Shown: positions 24,097 through 34,717 of the stretch, one piece after another | How positions within the stretch are numbered: position 1 is the first letter of the stretch | Layout: every line of letters begins with the position of its first letter | Source of the DNA: Bilabrum cf. latius | Lineage: Eukaryota | Length of the DNA stretch: 64,000 nt | Direction of reading: 5' to 3' | Assembly: GCA_965178125.1 (NCBI GenBank) | Contig: OZ237742.1 | Coordinates: 434,001-498,000 of the forward strand | Notes under the pieces: model-generated | The model's database searches: none | What the model was told of the DNA's origin: nothing | Seen by the model: only the letters and a program-made list of their open reading frames with translations | Position numbers and translations under genes: made by a program

Positions 24097-25513
24097 ATGG
24101 CCAGCCGAAGCACAGCGCTAGAAGTGATCGATTTAGTAAGCGATGATGACGGAGATGCTTCAAGTTGTGATAGCAATACGAGTGAATGCAACGCAAATGC
24201 CATAGGTAGACTCAGCAGCTCTGCAATATCTGCATCATCAACCAGTGAGGGGTTGCGCAGGCATGGCACACGGGAGAAGGGAATGGTAAGCGCGGGACGA
24301 AGATCGTTGCGGATGCCAGTGCCAGCGACAGTGGTGGCCTCGGCATTTTTACAATCAGCTGACAGAGAACCTCGAAATGCTGGCATTGCTGCGGCTGGCC
24401 GAAAGCGCTCACGACACGAGCAGGCTGGTGGTGTCGGAGAGTCAGAGCAAAAAAGGCGGCGGAGGGAGGCACTTCGAAAAGGACCGGTTGGTACTATTAG
24501 TAAGTGCGAGTGCGAGGTGTGTGGAAAAGTGCTGAGCTGTCAGCTGTACATTTGGGAGAGCGCAAGCACGAGTGCTCTGTGTGTGGGAAGGCCTTCGGGC
24601 GGGCAAGCAGTCTCAAGACCCATATGTCGACTGTGCATCTCGGGGAGCGCAATCATTAGTGCTCTGTGTGTGGGAAGTCCTTTGGGTTGCCAGGCAATCT
24701 CAAGAAGCACATCTCGACTGTGCACCTGGGGGAGCGCAAGCACGAGTGCTCTGTGTGTGGCAAGGCCTTCGGGGAGGCAGGCAGTCTCAAGAAGCATATC
24801 TCGACTGTGCACCTGGGCGAGCGCAAGCACGAGTGCTCTGTATGCGGCAAGGCCTTCGGGGAGGCAGGCAGTCTCAAGACCCATATGTCAGTGGTGCATC
24901 TTGGGGTGCGGAAGCACGAGTGCTCTGTGTGTGGGAAGGCCTTTGGCCAGCCAGGCAGTCTCAAGACCCATATGTCAGTGGTGCACCTGGGGGAGCGCAA
25001 TCACTAGTGTTCTGTGTGTGGGAAGTCATTCGGGCGGGCAGACCATCTCAGGACCCATATGTCAGTGGTGCACCTGGGCGAGCGCAAGCACGAGTGCTCT
25101 GTATGCGGCAAGGCCTTCGGGGAGGCAGGCAGTCTCAAGACCCATATGTCAGTGGTGCATCTTTTGGGGTGCGCAAGCACGAGTGCTCTGTGTGTGGGAA
25201 GTCATTCGGGCGGGCAGGCAACCTCAAGATTCATTTGTCGATTGTTCACCTGGGGGAGCGCAATCACTAGTGTTCTGTGTGTGGGAAGTCATTCGGGCGG
25301 GCAGACCATCTCAGGACCCATATGTCAGTGGTGCACCTGGGCGAGCGCAAGCACGAGTGCTCTGTATGCGGCAAGGCCTTCGGGGAGGCAAGCAGTCTCA
25401 AGAAGCACATCTCGACTGTGCATCTTGGGGTACGCAAGCACGAGTGCTCTGTGTGTGGGAAGGCATTCGGAGAGGCTGGCGAGCTTCAGACGCACTTGAA
25501 AGGCTGCAGCTGA
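24097..25513 (+). CDS. C2H2 zinc-finger protein with 11 fingers; two frame discontinuities (possible pseudogene or assembly error)
   Basis: Repeated [30 protein letters not shown]-terminal [10 protein letters not shown] (SIM-like) and basic NLS-like stretch. Frame changes near 24500-24545 and at ~25162. Confidence 0.7.
24546..25500 (+). repeat. 87-bp tandem coding repeat, ~11 copies (zinc fingers)
   Basis: First-Cys codons at 24573, 24660, 24747, 24834, 24921, 25008, 25095, 25184, 25271, 25358, 25445. Confidence 0.92.
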
Positions 25514-25551
25514 CCCGCACGAGCGGCTCCATCATGGTCACAGATGCAATC

Positions 25552-25679
25552 CAAAGTATGCGTTTGGTATCGCTTACCAGGCGCAAAGTATGCGTTTGGT
25601 ATCGCTTACCAGGCGCAAAGTATGCGTTTGGTATCGCTTACCAGGCGCAAAGTATGCGTTTGGTATCGCTTACCAGGCG
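25552..25679. repeat. Perfect tandem repeat, 4 x 32 bp, each unit able to form a hairpin
   Basis: Unit caaagtatgcgtttggtatcgcttaccaggcg at 25552, 25584, 25616, 25648; no spacers. Confidence 0.95.
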
Positions 25680-25929
25680 GCCCCGCTGTCCACTGGCCGA
25701 GATCACGAACGGGGATGCTATCTCGCCGAACGTAGACGCGGAGCTGGCGGGGGCCAGCCCTGCTCTGCTGCGGGTAATTGGGGGTCTGCTTGCCGCCCCC
25801 TAGAAAGGCTCAGACGACGCTATCGATGGCGATGATTGGCTGGATGTGATCGTGCTCATGTCTGCTACTGCAAGCTGTCACGGAAATCTGCCAGTCGAGT
25901 CTTGCAGCCAAGGTACTCAGCCGCGATAA

Positions 25930-28900
25930 TCATTCATCAGAGTCGTCGTCGTTAGGCCGCCCCGGGTCAGAAGGCCCGCCGTCTACACGACCAGCTGCTC
26001 CACGACCTTCCTGACTTTCGTCCTCATTCATGCCCTCAACAACACCATGGCCGTCTTCTAAGTGGTCGCCGCTGCGATGCTCTTCGACCTCTTCGCTGCC
26101 CACAAAGCGGCCTTCCCCCGTTTCGTCGTCGATGACTATCTCTCCTCGCACGATCGCCCGAACAATGTCAGCCAGCTTGTCCTTGCACTTGCACATGTCC
26201 TGAAAGGTCTCATACAGCTCGTGGGCCTCGTCTTCATCCGCCGCTTCCAAGTCAAGGCTGCGCCTCTTCCCCTTCAGACCCACGTATCTGCTCGCATCGG
26301 CGGCCGTGCCGCGCCGCTGCATGAGGGGGCTCTCCATGCCCCTCGTGGCAGCTTCCAGTTCGAGCACGTTGATGCAGCGCGGGGGGCCAGCTCCCCCCTC
26401 TCCGAACTGGGACCAATCAGGCGGGTCCTACTCGACGATCTGGTGGTCCTCTTCCCCCCAGCGGATCATTAGAGGAAGCTCAAGGCTTCGAAGCGCGCCG
26501 AACACATCGAGGAAGATCTTGCGTCGGTGTGGCCAGCCCGAGCTGCCGTGCTTGATCAGAATCACCCCGCCCGCCAGGTCCCGCAGGCGCGCAGGCAGTA
26601 GCGGCGGAAACAAGTCGTCGCTGTCATCTTCATCACCTGCTTCATTCTGGACCTAAGTTCCGTCGTCTGCGGCGTTGGTGCTCTCTGCAGCAGTACCGAC
26701 GTGCACATGCCCCCTTTCTGCTTCCGAATCCGGCCCCTCTTCAGCAAAAGGCACGGCACCACCTGCAGCACCTGCAGTACCTGCCTTGCCGCCGTCTGCA
26801 CCGGGCTCCTAATCAGGTGAGCTTGCGTCTGAGGCACCGTCCTGGTCTTCCTCCACCTCAAGGATGCTGGCAAGTCCTGAGTTACCGTCATCTTTCGGTC
26901 TTGTTTGCGGCTGCGCAGCCTCGGAGTTGGTCGGGACGGGAGCTGGATGCAGCTGCCCGATAGAGGCCAACTCACCTGGTGCGCGCGGTGTCTCCACGAG
27001 AGCCTCACCATATGAATTCTAGTCATGCCGCCGGTGGTCCTCCTCGTCTTTAGGAGCAACTTCGGTGGAGCTATCGATTTGATCGCTTATCTCCACATGG
27101 TCGGAACTTGTGCCGCTATTTGTCTGTCTGCCGACACGCTTCGGTCCAGAGGAAGGTTTATCCGCGGATGTGGATGCGGATTCAGCCAAAGAGCTCTATC
27201 TTGCCGCCGAAGCACTAGACCTTCCTCGCGTGCTGTCGTCATTTTGTTGGTGTGGAGATCCCTCTGTTTTGCCTGTGTCGCGCGCAGCAGCCTAGGAGTT
27301 GACCATAGCACCTTCCCACGGCCCTCCTGGAGAGCTCCCATCCGTGCCTCCTGATGGCAGTTTCGGGGCTGTGCCATGCTAGCCTTGGGCCGCAGATCGT
27401 TCCAAATGCTCACCATGTTCCTTGGGGCTACCAGGGAGGCCATGATCTCTCTAATCCTGACCAGAAACTCCGCGACCCAGGGCCTGCACCTGGTTTGCAT
27501 CGGTACGCTGGTCGCTATCGGCATGTTCCTCGTCGGGAGGATTCGGTTTAAGCGCGGCTGGAGGTGCCATTGGTGGCGATACCTCAACAACAGGCTCCAA
27601 GGAGCCGACAGTTCCATCGAGCACGTCATTATCATCCTCTAAGTCCCGAGCACGGCCTCGACGCGACCTGCCATCGCCGGTGTCACGCGATGCCTTTGCA
27701 TGTCCCTCCGTGCGTGCTTCTCCCTCCCTGGACATTTCAGCTAAAGCTTCAGTGGTAGCTGGTGGGTGCACATGGACAGATCCTACCTTGCGAGTTGATT
27801 GCCTTTCGGCCTCGTAGTCCTCGGCGGCACGCTTGGGCCCGAGCGCCACACGCCTCAACCGCTCTGATTCAGGCGCACCCGCAGCCTACACTTGCCTCCT
27901 GTCCTGCGATTCCAAGGATCCTTCAGTGCGAGAAAGGCCTGTTTCGTCAGGATCATGCGCGCTGGTCAGCTGTCTTGGCCTGTCTGGAGATACTAGCTCG
28001 CCTTGCTGCCTCTCCCTGCCCGCATGCAGCGAGCTCTTGCTCCCCGCACCCGAGCCCACGGCACTGCCCGTGTCCAAGTCACTGTCGCCGCAGTCTTCAC
28101 GGTCCTTCTCCGTGGTCTCAACCACTCCCATACCTCCAGCTGATCTATCTCCGTGTGCTCGACTGGCCAGTGCCAGGCTCGCCTCTATCCTCTGCAGCCT
28201 CTCGTCCATGCCAGCCATCGCCTGCGCCAGGGTCGAGATGTCGCGCCGCACAGCTAGAGCTTCGCTTGAAGCGCCGCTCGACTCGAGGTCAGATGCGTTG
28301 CTAAGCGGAGCCTAGACGCCTCTCTTTGCGAGCTGGGCCTCAGCATCGGTATGGGCAACGCTACCTCGGGGCAACGGGGCCACTGGCAGCGCGGATTCAC
28401 CCGCAGACTTCAACTCCTCAGAGTCGCTGCTCCCTGCAATTGATGGCGAGGCCCCAGGCCATGGGAGCGCGGGCTCGTGAAGTATCTGCGAATGACCTCC
28501 TTTTTGATGCTTGCGGCTCGCGAAGCTGCTTGTAGGGCCCATCCCCTGCGCCTCTTGGGCCGATTCGCTCACTGAACGCTAGTAGCTGCGGATCCCGGGA
28601 GGCGGAGGAGACAGCGCGGCAACTGCAGAATGAGCCTCGCCGGCGTATGGGCTACTGTAAGGACTCTACACTCGCATTGCCCGCGACCGAGCTGCATCCC
28701 GCGTGCTGGAATCATTGCCATGAAGCGGTTCGATCGATAGGACGGTGCTATCGTGCAGTCCAAGCGAGCAGAGCCGGCGGTTCGTTGCGGAGAGTTCGTC
28801 CAAGATCTACCGAGAAGTGCGCTGCAACTCTGAACTCCCATCATCATCTCTGCTGCTTTGTTCCTGATGTATGCTGTACGACGACGGAGAAGCTATCTCG

Positions 28901-29157
28901 GGTCGCTGTCGCCGCGCACGTTGTTCGTTCGACTGCAACAGGCCTGGCGATGAGACGACACTCTAGCCGTTAGCAAGCCCATTAGGCGGTGATAATGGGA
29001 TAATTACATCTCTAGCACGCCAATGAGGGGAGCTTTCGTGCTGAATGTCGCGTCTGCTGTCGGACAAGCCGAGTTGCTTTAGCAACGAGTCAACTACTGG
29101 CGTTCTGTGATACTGATCCCGAAACTTTGCCCGTGGCACAGCAGGAGACTAGTACAT
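25930..29157 (-). CDS. ~1075-aa mostly disordered protein with C-terminal PH-like domain; ~15 in-frame TAG
   Basis: One frame from ATG 29157 to TGA 25930 with only TAG interruptions (gaps between listed ORFs read by hand). C-terminal LAGGVILIKHGSSGWPHRRKIFL..MIRWG..SLDLEA resembles PLC-type PH domains. Confidence 0.7.
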
Positions 29158-29336
29158 ATACAAAAAAAATGTTTGGACTGCGCTGCCAATACCCTCTAGC
29201 TAGTCACGGGGTGCCAAAAATGAATTGTGGATACTAGCGACTCGGAGCCAAGAATCAGCGTGGCTGAATTCTCGAAAATCAAGATTATTTCGTTCGTTGT
29301 ATTCCTGTTGAATCGTGGGCTCCGTTTTTAATCGAT

Positions 29337-30359
29337 ATGGCCGGCGTGCAAGCTCCTGAAATCGATTCAAGTTCCGATGATATGTCAAAGTGGGTCTCAA
29401 GCGAACAGATTGAAGAGCTTCGAGAGTTGTGCGAGCCGTCGATAGCAGAGTTTCCAGTGCTTGGGACCGAGAGTAACCTCCGGCGGTGGTTGATTGCAAG
29501 AAAAGGTGACTTAGAGGCCGCAGCTAAGATGGTGAACCGACATGCGCGATGGAGACGAGAAGAATGCAAGCTGTGGTTTCCTGCGGAGCTTCCCCCGCTT
29601 GAGCCTGTCGAGACTAGCATCTCAACTGGCAAGGCTAGGTTCGCTGGCAGGATCGCGGGCACCAACGCACCGCTCATCTACGTCGATGTAGAGAAGCACG
29701 ATTACTACGCAATCGAGGAGCAGGAGACGCGAGACTACGTAATTTGCATGATCGAGCATGCAATCGCAATGTCTTATCAGCACGGTGGTGATGGCTACGT
29801 GTCGGTCGTGTTCGACGTCGGTGGACTTGGCTGGAACAGCTCGGACACGTCTGCAGTAAGATTCATTGCTTTGATGCTGTCTGCGAACTATCCAGAGCGG
29901 TTGCAAACGCTGTTTATTGTCAACGAAGGGATGCTGTTTTGGACCTTGTGGGCTATTGTACAGCCTTTTATGGACCAGAGAACACTAGACAAGGTCAAGA
30001 TGCTCGGCGACACTGACAGATAGGCTCTGATCGATGCGATGGGCGGGGAAGACAAGCTGCTCACCAGCCTCGGCGGAACGCTTGAGCAGGAGTATGACCC
30101 CGAGGCAGCCAAGAAGGAGATGATTGCAGTGGCGGAGTGGTACAAGGAACAAAAGACGGCCGGGCCTGGAGCAGGAGCTGGGGCAGGTGCTGGAGGCGAC
30201 GGTGCAGCTGCAGCCGGCAGCAAGGACGCTGGAGTGGGAGAGGCTGCAGGGGGAGAGGCTGCAGGGGGAGAGGCCTACGTTGCGGGGAGCGGTGATGGGG
30301 GGCCAGGCGTTGCCTCGGCTGGAGCGGCTGGGTTTGGTAGCGACCAGGAAGATACATGA
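29337..30359 (+). CDS. SEC14/CRAL-TRIO lipid-binding protein; 1 in-frame TAG
   Basis: LRRWLIARKGDLEAA, VVFDVGGLG, NYPERLQTLFIVN..LWAIVQPFMDQRTLDKVKML; TAG 30021, then L..SLGGT. Ends TGA. Confidence 0.9.
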
Positions 30360-30505
30360 GATGGTACATATTCAAGGATTCAAGCGAACATACTAGTAAG
30401 CTTTACACAGCGGACTATGCATCACCGACGGTGGCCCTTCGGTACGCCATGCTACAGATCTAAACAAGCCGAGTGGTGGTGTGCCAACCGGCGCTAAAAT
30501 AATAG

Positions 30506-32695
30506 TCAGCACTGCTTCACGTTGTTCCCCGCCGACGAGCCCCAGCCCATAATTGTGGAGCCTGATTGGTCGATGAACGGCTTCCCGTTCAGGTTGCAGT
30601 ACGTGTTGTTCCAGATCTGGTTGTATTTGGGGGTGCAGGGGTCGTCCAGTGTGAGGTTGGCAAGCAGCGGATACGTGTCCAGCCACACCTTGCTCGTGTT
30701 GTAAGGGACTCGGCTCAGGAAATCGTACTGCGTCCCTCCCGAATGGCAGCCAGCGTGACCCCAGCCCATACCACGGTTGTCAAAGTCGATGGCACCAGCA
30801 CCGCACTCAGCGCCCAGCCCCACACCGCCAGGGCCCAGTCCCCGGAGCTGTCGGTGAGCACCAGCGTTATCCAGCTGGTCACACACGCTCACGAGTTTGT
30901 TCCCCACGTACAGGTTGTTGCGGCCTCCGCCAAGCAGAAGTCCCACGGAAACGTTCACCATGGTGTTGTGGAGGACGTGGGCGTTGCTCATCTCGTCGTC
31001 GAGATACACTGCCTGCACGTCGTTGCCCCCGATCATCGTATTGACGTTGGAGATCACGTTGTTGGAAATTGTCACGGAATACGTGAAGTCTCTGCCGGAG
31101 TAGATGGCACCTGAATCCCTCGTCTCGTACACCAGGTCCGTCATGTTGTTGCCGTCGATCACGTGCAAGTTGCCCTGCCAGTACACCGCCATGTGCGGCG
31201 CATCGAAGATCCTCGAGTGCTCCACTCTGTTCCCCACGCCACCCAGGTTCACCCCGGCGGCATACACGCGAGAAATGCGGTTGTACCTGCTCAGTGCGAC
31301 GTCAGACACTGCTCCATTCATGGGAGTCAGCGTCGTGCGATCTCCTCCGTAGAGCGCTGTCCCCCCGGACCCCGTGTCGCAGACCATGCCTCCCTGCATC
31401 CTGAAGTACGGCGCCTCCGTCACGTTCAAGCCCATCCCTCCCACCGACTGGATGCTGCTGTCCTGCAGAACCACACCGGGAGCGCCCTCCACGATCACGG
31501 CGGAGCCTCGAGCGTGCCTGAAGTCGATGCCCCGGAATGACACGTTGGACGCTGCCCCGGTGACGTTCACCACAGAGAACAGCACGCTTATGTGCGCTGC
31601 GACCGAGTCGCCATCAGCAAGATTAGCAGGAGAAGCGGGATTCTTTGATCCTGTCCTGCTGCTGCTGCTGCTGCTGCTCAGATTCGCCGGCGGGATCCCG
31701 TAGATGGTAGCGGTGGACCGGTTGAGGACGTACTCCCCCGGGGAGTCCAGCTCGGCAACCAGGTTGAGCGTGTGGAAGTAGGCTCCTTTGGACAGGTGCG
31801 TGTCCACGCTCGGGGATCCACTGATCTCAACCGTGCTGTTGCCAGGGAAAACATTCATGACTTGCCTCCAGCTCTGCGCCCAGCCGATGCCGTTCCAGTA
31901 CCCGCTAGTCCACACGTCTCCCGCTCCCGGGGACGACACCTGCCGGGCCCAGCCCGGCAGCCGAGCAGCAGTGGCGGAATCGACCGTCATGAAGTTGTGC
32001 GCGAATGCGCTCGCTGCCTTGCTCCTGTGGTTGATGTCGGTGAGAGTGGGGTCGGGGTAGGCAGCGAGGCGGCTAGCAGGCGCGTCGGCGTGCGCAGCGG
32101 GTAGCTCCTCCGAACCAGCCGCAGGCTTGTCCCCCGCGTACCAGAAGAGCTCCATAGCTGACGGCGTAATCTTGTACAAATCGATCTGTGCGTTGCCTCC
32201 CAAATAAACGTGCGGGAGAAACTAGCCCATGTCAACGCCTGCGTAGTGGTTGGCAATGTTGATCTGCTTCACAACAGACGAGCTGTTTGGAAGCAGGGAC
32301 TTCGTCCACGCATCCTGCACCGGTTCCAGCCAGGATGACATGACAGGCAGTCCACCTGATACGAGTGCCGTGGTCGGGCTGCTTGGGCTCGACTGCCACG
32401 CAGCGTACTCAACTTGGGCGCTGGGAGTCCCGCCATCCGCCGACGTGTCAAGCACCAGGGTATCTTTTAGGTAGCAGGGGTACCCAGTGTCAATATGCAC
32501 CACAGCACCATCAAACTTATCACCCCTAGGAATTGATCTGACCTAGGCTTGGGCCTACTCCAGGGTTGAGAAAGGGCTTGCGCCGGTGCCCGACCCGCTT
32601 GGTGCAGCTCCAGGAGCGCCGCACCTCACAAAAATGTCGACAGAGCCAAGGGCAACCGCTGAAAGAGCAAGTATGATAGCTGCGCAGGATCGCAT
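30506..32695 (-). CDS. Secreted right-handed parallel beta-helix protein (GH141-like/pectin-lyase fold); 3 in-frame TAG
   Basis: Signal peptide MRSCAAIILALSAVALG; GSGTGASPFSTLE*A; LDSPGEY; DSGAIYSGRD; AVYLDDEMS; GGGRNN. One frame, no intron needed; ends TGA. Confidence 0.75.
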
Positions 32696-32854
32696 GACGA
32701 AACTACTGCGCTCCAGCGACAAAATATGGATTGAAATAGTTTCTCTAATGTGTACGCAACTACGCGTCGCGTATATCAGACAGGACTCGCTGTATTGTTT
32801 AGGATAAGATAAGATGGATCACACCTCCTATGCATTCTGCAAAAAATATCTAAG

Positions 32855-34498
32855 TCATGATCCTGCCCCGCTGCCAGCTGCCAGCGCCCCGCCGTACTTG
32901 CTCCTGTAAGCCCGAATCGCCTCCACGTGCACCGTGAGACCTGCGCCAGCATCCGATCCAACCGAGGCGCCGGACGCCGCACCCGGCGCTGCCCCGCTGC
33001 TGCTGCTCTCGGCGAATGCGATGAGGTCGCTCAAGGTTGCAACCGCAACCACGGGCACACCGAACTTCTCCCGCACCGCCTGGGTAGCAATCGTCACACC
33101 GTCCTTGCCCACTTCCTGCCGATCCAGCCCCACGATGACACCCGCCAGCTCGGCCCCGGCCGCCGCCAGCAGCCCCGCGGCCTCTCCCACCGCCGTGCCC
33201 GCGCTGATGACGTCGTCCACGAGTAGCACTCGCCGTCCCTCCACCTTGGCCCCCACAAGCACCCCGCCTTCCCCGTGATCCTTGGCCTCCTTGCGGTTGT
33301 ACGCCACGGGTACGCTGAGCCCGTGCTGGTCCGCGAGGGCCACGGCCACGGTCGTCGCGAGCGGGATGCCCTTGTACGCCGGCCCGAACAGCACGTCAAA
33401 TTCGATTCCGGATCGGCGGATGCACTCCGCGTAGGACCTTCCGAGCCGCAGCACGGCCCCGCCCGAGTCGAACAGACCCGCGTTGAAGAAATACGGCGAC
33501 TCCCGCCCCGACTTCAGCGTGAACGACCCGAACCGGAGCACGCTGCTCTCTATGGCGTTCTGCAGGAAATCGCGCTGGTGCGGGAGAAGAAGCGCAGAGG
33601 TCGACGATGATGCCGCTGCTTCCGTCGAGGCAGCAGCAGCGGGGGCAGTTTCCGACCCGCCCTTCCTCTTCGCCTCGCTCGCCGCCTTGAGGTCGGCGAG
33701 CAGCTGCTCGGCGGCCGCCTGGGGGTCTTCCGCGCGGGAGATGCCCCTGGAAACCGGAACTAGGAGCTTTCCCCCCGACGCATCCGTGCCGGTCGCAACC
33801 GCGTCTTCCAGGCTTCCGCCCTGCGCACCGACACCGGGGGCCAGAATCCATAGATCCGGAGCAGCTGCCCGAGCCCTGCGGAGCGCATCAGCATCTGTGG
33901 CACCCACCACCAGCCCGACGAGGGCCTCGGTTTTGCCGTTCCATTCGAGCGATTTTGAAGCTACCTTCTCGAAAATAGTGGATCCACTGCTGGTACCTTC
34001 GGTCTGAAAATCCGCGGACGAGGGGTTGCTCGTCTTGCAAAGAACGAACACTCCCTTGGATGAGAACGAACCGGACACGAATGGAGCCACAGAGTCCCAG
34101 CCCATATACGGACTGATAGTGACCGCATCGACCTTGAGGTGCTCGAACGCACTCGAGGCGTACGCCGCAGAGGTCGAGCCAATATCGCCTCGCTTTACGT
34201 CCAGCAACACGGGTATGTCGTCAGGAATCGAACGAATCACCTCTGCAAGAGCCTCCAGACCATCGGCTCCCTTGGCCTCAAAGAATGCCGAATTTGGCTT
34301 ATAGCAGGCGGCGACGTGTTTCGTAGCGTCGATTATTCTCTTGCAGAAAGCGAGCAAACCGGCGCCGTCGGCTGAAGGCACATCCGCTGCGTGAGGATCC
34401 AGCCCGACACAAAGTGCTGCTCCAGTCACTTCGACTCTTGCGTTCAGCTTTGCCTCAAAGGCCACCGATGAAACCGATTCAGCAATCGCCGCAGTCAT
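32855..34498 (-). CDS. Bifunctional OMP decarboxylase - orotate phosphoribosyltransferase (OMPDC N-terminal, OPRT C-terminal)
   Basis: [35 protein letters not shown] (pyrF-type); [48 protein letters not shown] (pyrE-type). No in-frame TAG. Confidence 0.96.
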   Translation of the reverse strand: MTAAIAESVSSVAFEAKLNARVEVTGAALCVGLDPHAADVPSADGAGLLAFCKRIIDATKHVAACYKPNSAFFEAKGADGLEALAEVIRSIPDDIPVLLDVKRGDIGSTSAAYASSAFEHLKVDAVTISPYMGWDSVAPFVSGSFSSKGVFVLCKTSNPSSADFQTEGTSSGSTIFEKVASKSLEWNGKTEALVGLVVGATDADALRRARAAAPDLWILAPGVGAQGGSLEDAVATGTDASGGKLLVPVSRGISRAEDPQAAAEQLLADLKAASEAKRKGGSETAPAAAASTEAAASSSTSALLLPHQRDFLQNAIESSVLRFGSFTLKSGRESPYFFNAGLFDSGGAVLRLGRSYAECIRRSGIEFDVLFGPAYKGIPLATTVAVALADQHGLSVPVAYNRKEAKDHGEGGVLVGAKVEGRRVLLVDDVISAGTAVGEAAGLLAAAGAELAGVIVGLDRQEVGKDGVTIATQAVREKFGVPVVAVATLSDLIAFAESSSSGAAPGAASGASVGSDAGAGLTVHVEAIRAYRSKYGGALAAGSGAGS

Positions 34499-34717
34499 TG
34501 CTTTGCTTGGGACAGGCTCTAGTTGCCTTTCTGCATCTTGGTGTTTTTTGTTTTCATCTTTATAAATTTATTGTTGCGTGCAGAGTATACCACACGTCTG
34601 CAATTGTGCCTGCAAGCTTCTGTAGCGAAATCATAGAGAAGTACTAAAGGTGTTATTGTTGCAGCGTGTGATCTCGACTTTCGGCTGGATCTACTTCTTG
34701 CAGCTTCTTGCAAGACC

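Noticed and set aside
1014-25270. TAG = Glu (AIAN*SG at 1014; GAG/TAG alternation in the zinc fingers)
   Set aside because: These positions tolerate E/Q exchange, whereas the strongly conserved sites (VNQLL, IQxYE, IQxGEH) indicate Gln. A formal profile analysis is still needed.
25552-25679. CRISPR array (32-bp palindromic repeats)
   Set aside because: The units are directly adjacent with no spacers, there are no cas genes, and the context is eukaryotic.
23998-25803. The 601-aa ORF as a single real protein
   Set aside because: Beyond ~24540 it is an out-of-frame reading of the zinc-finger and 32-bp repeats.
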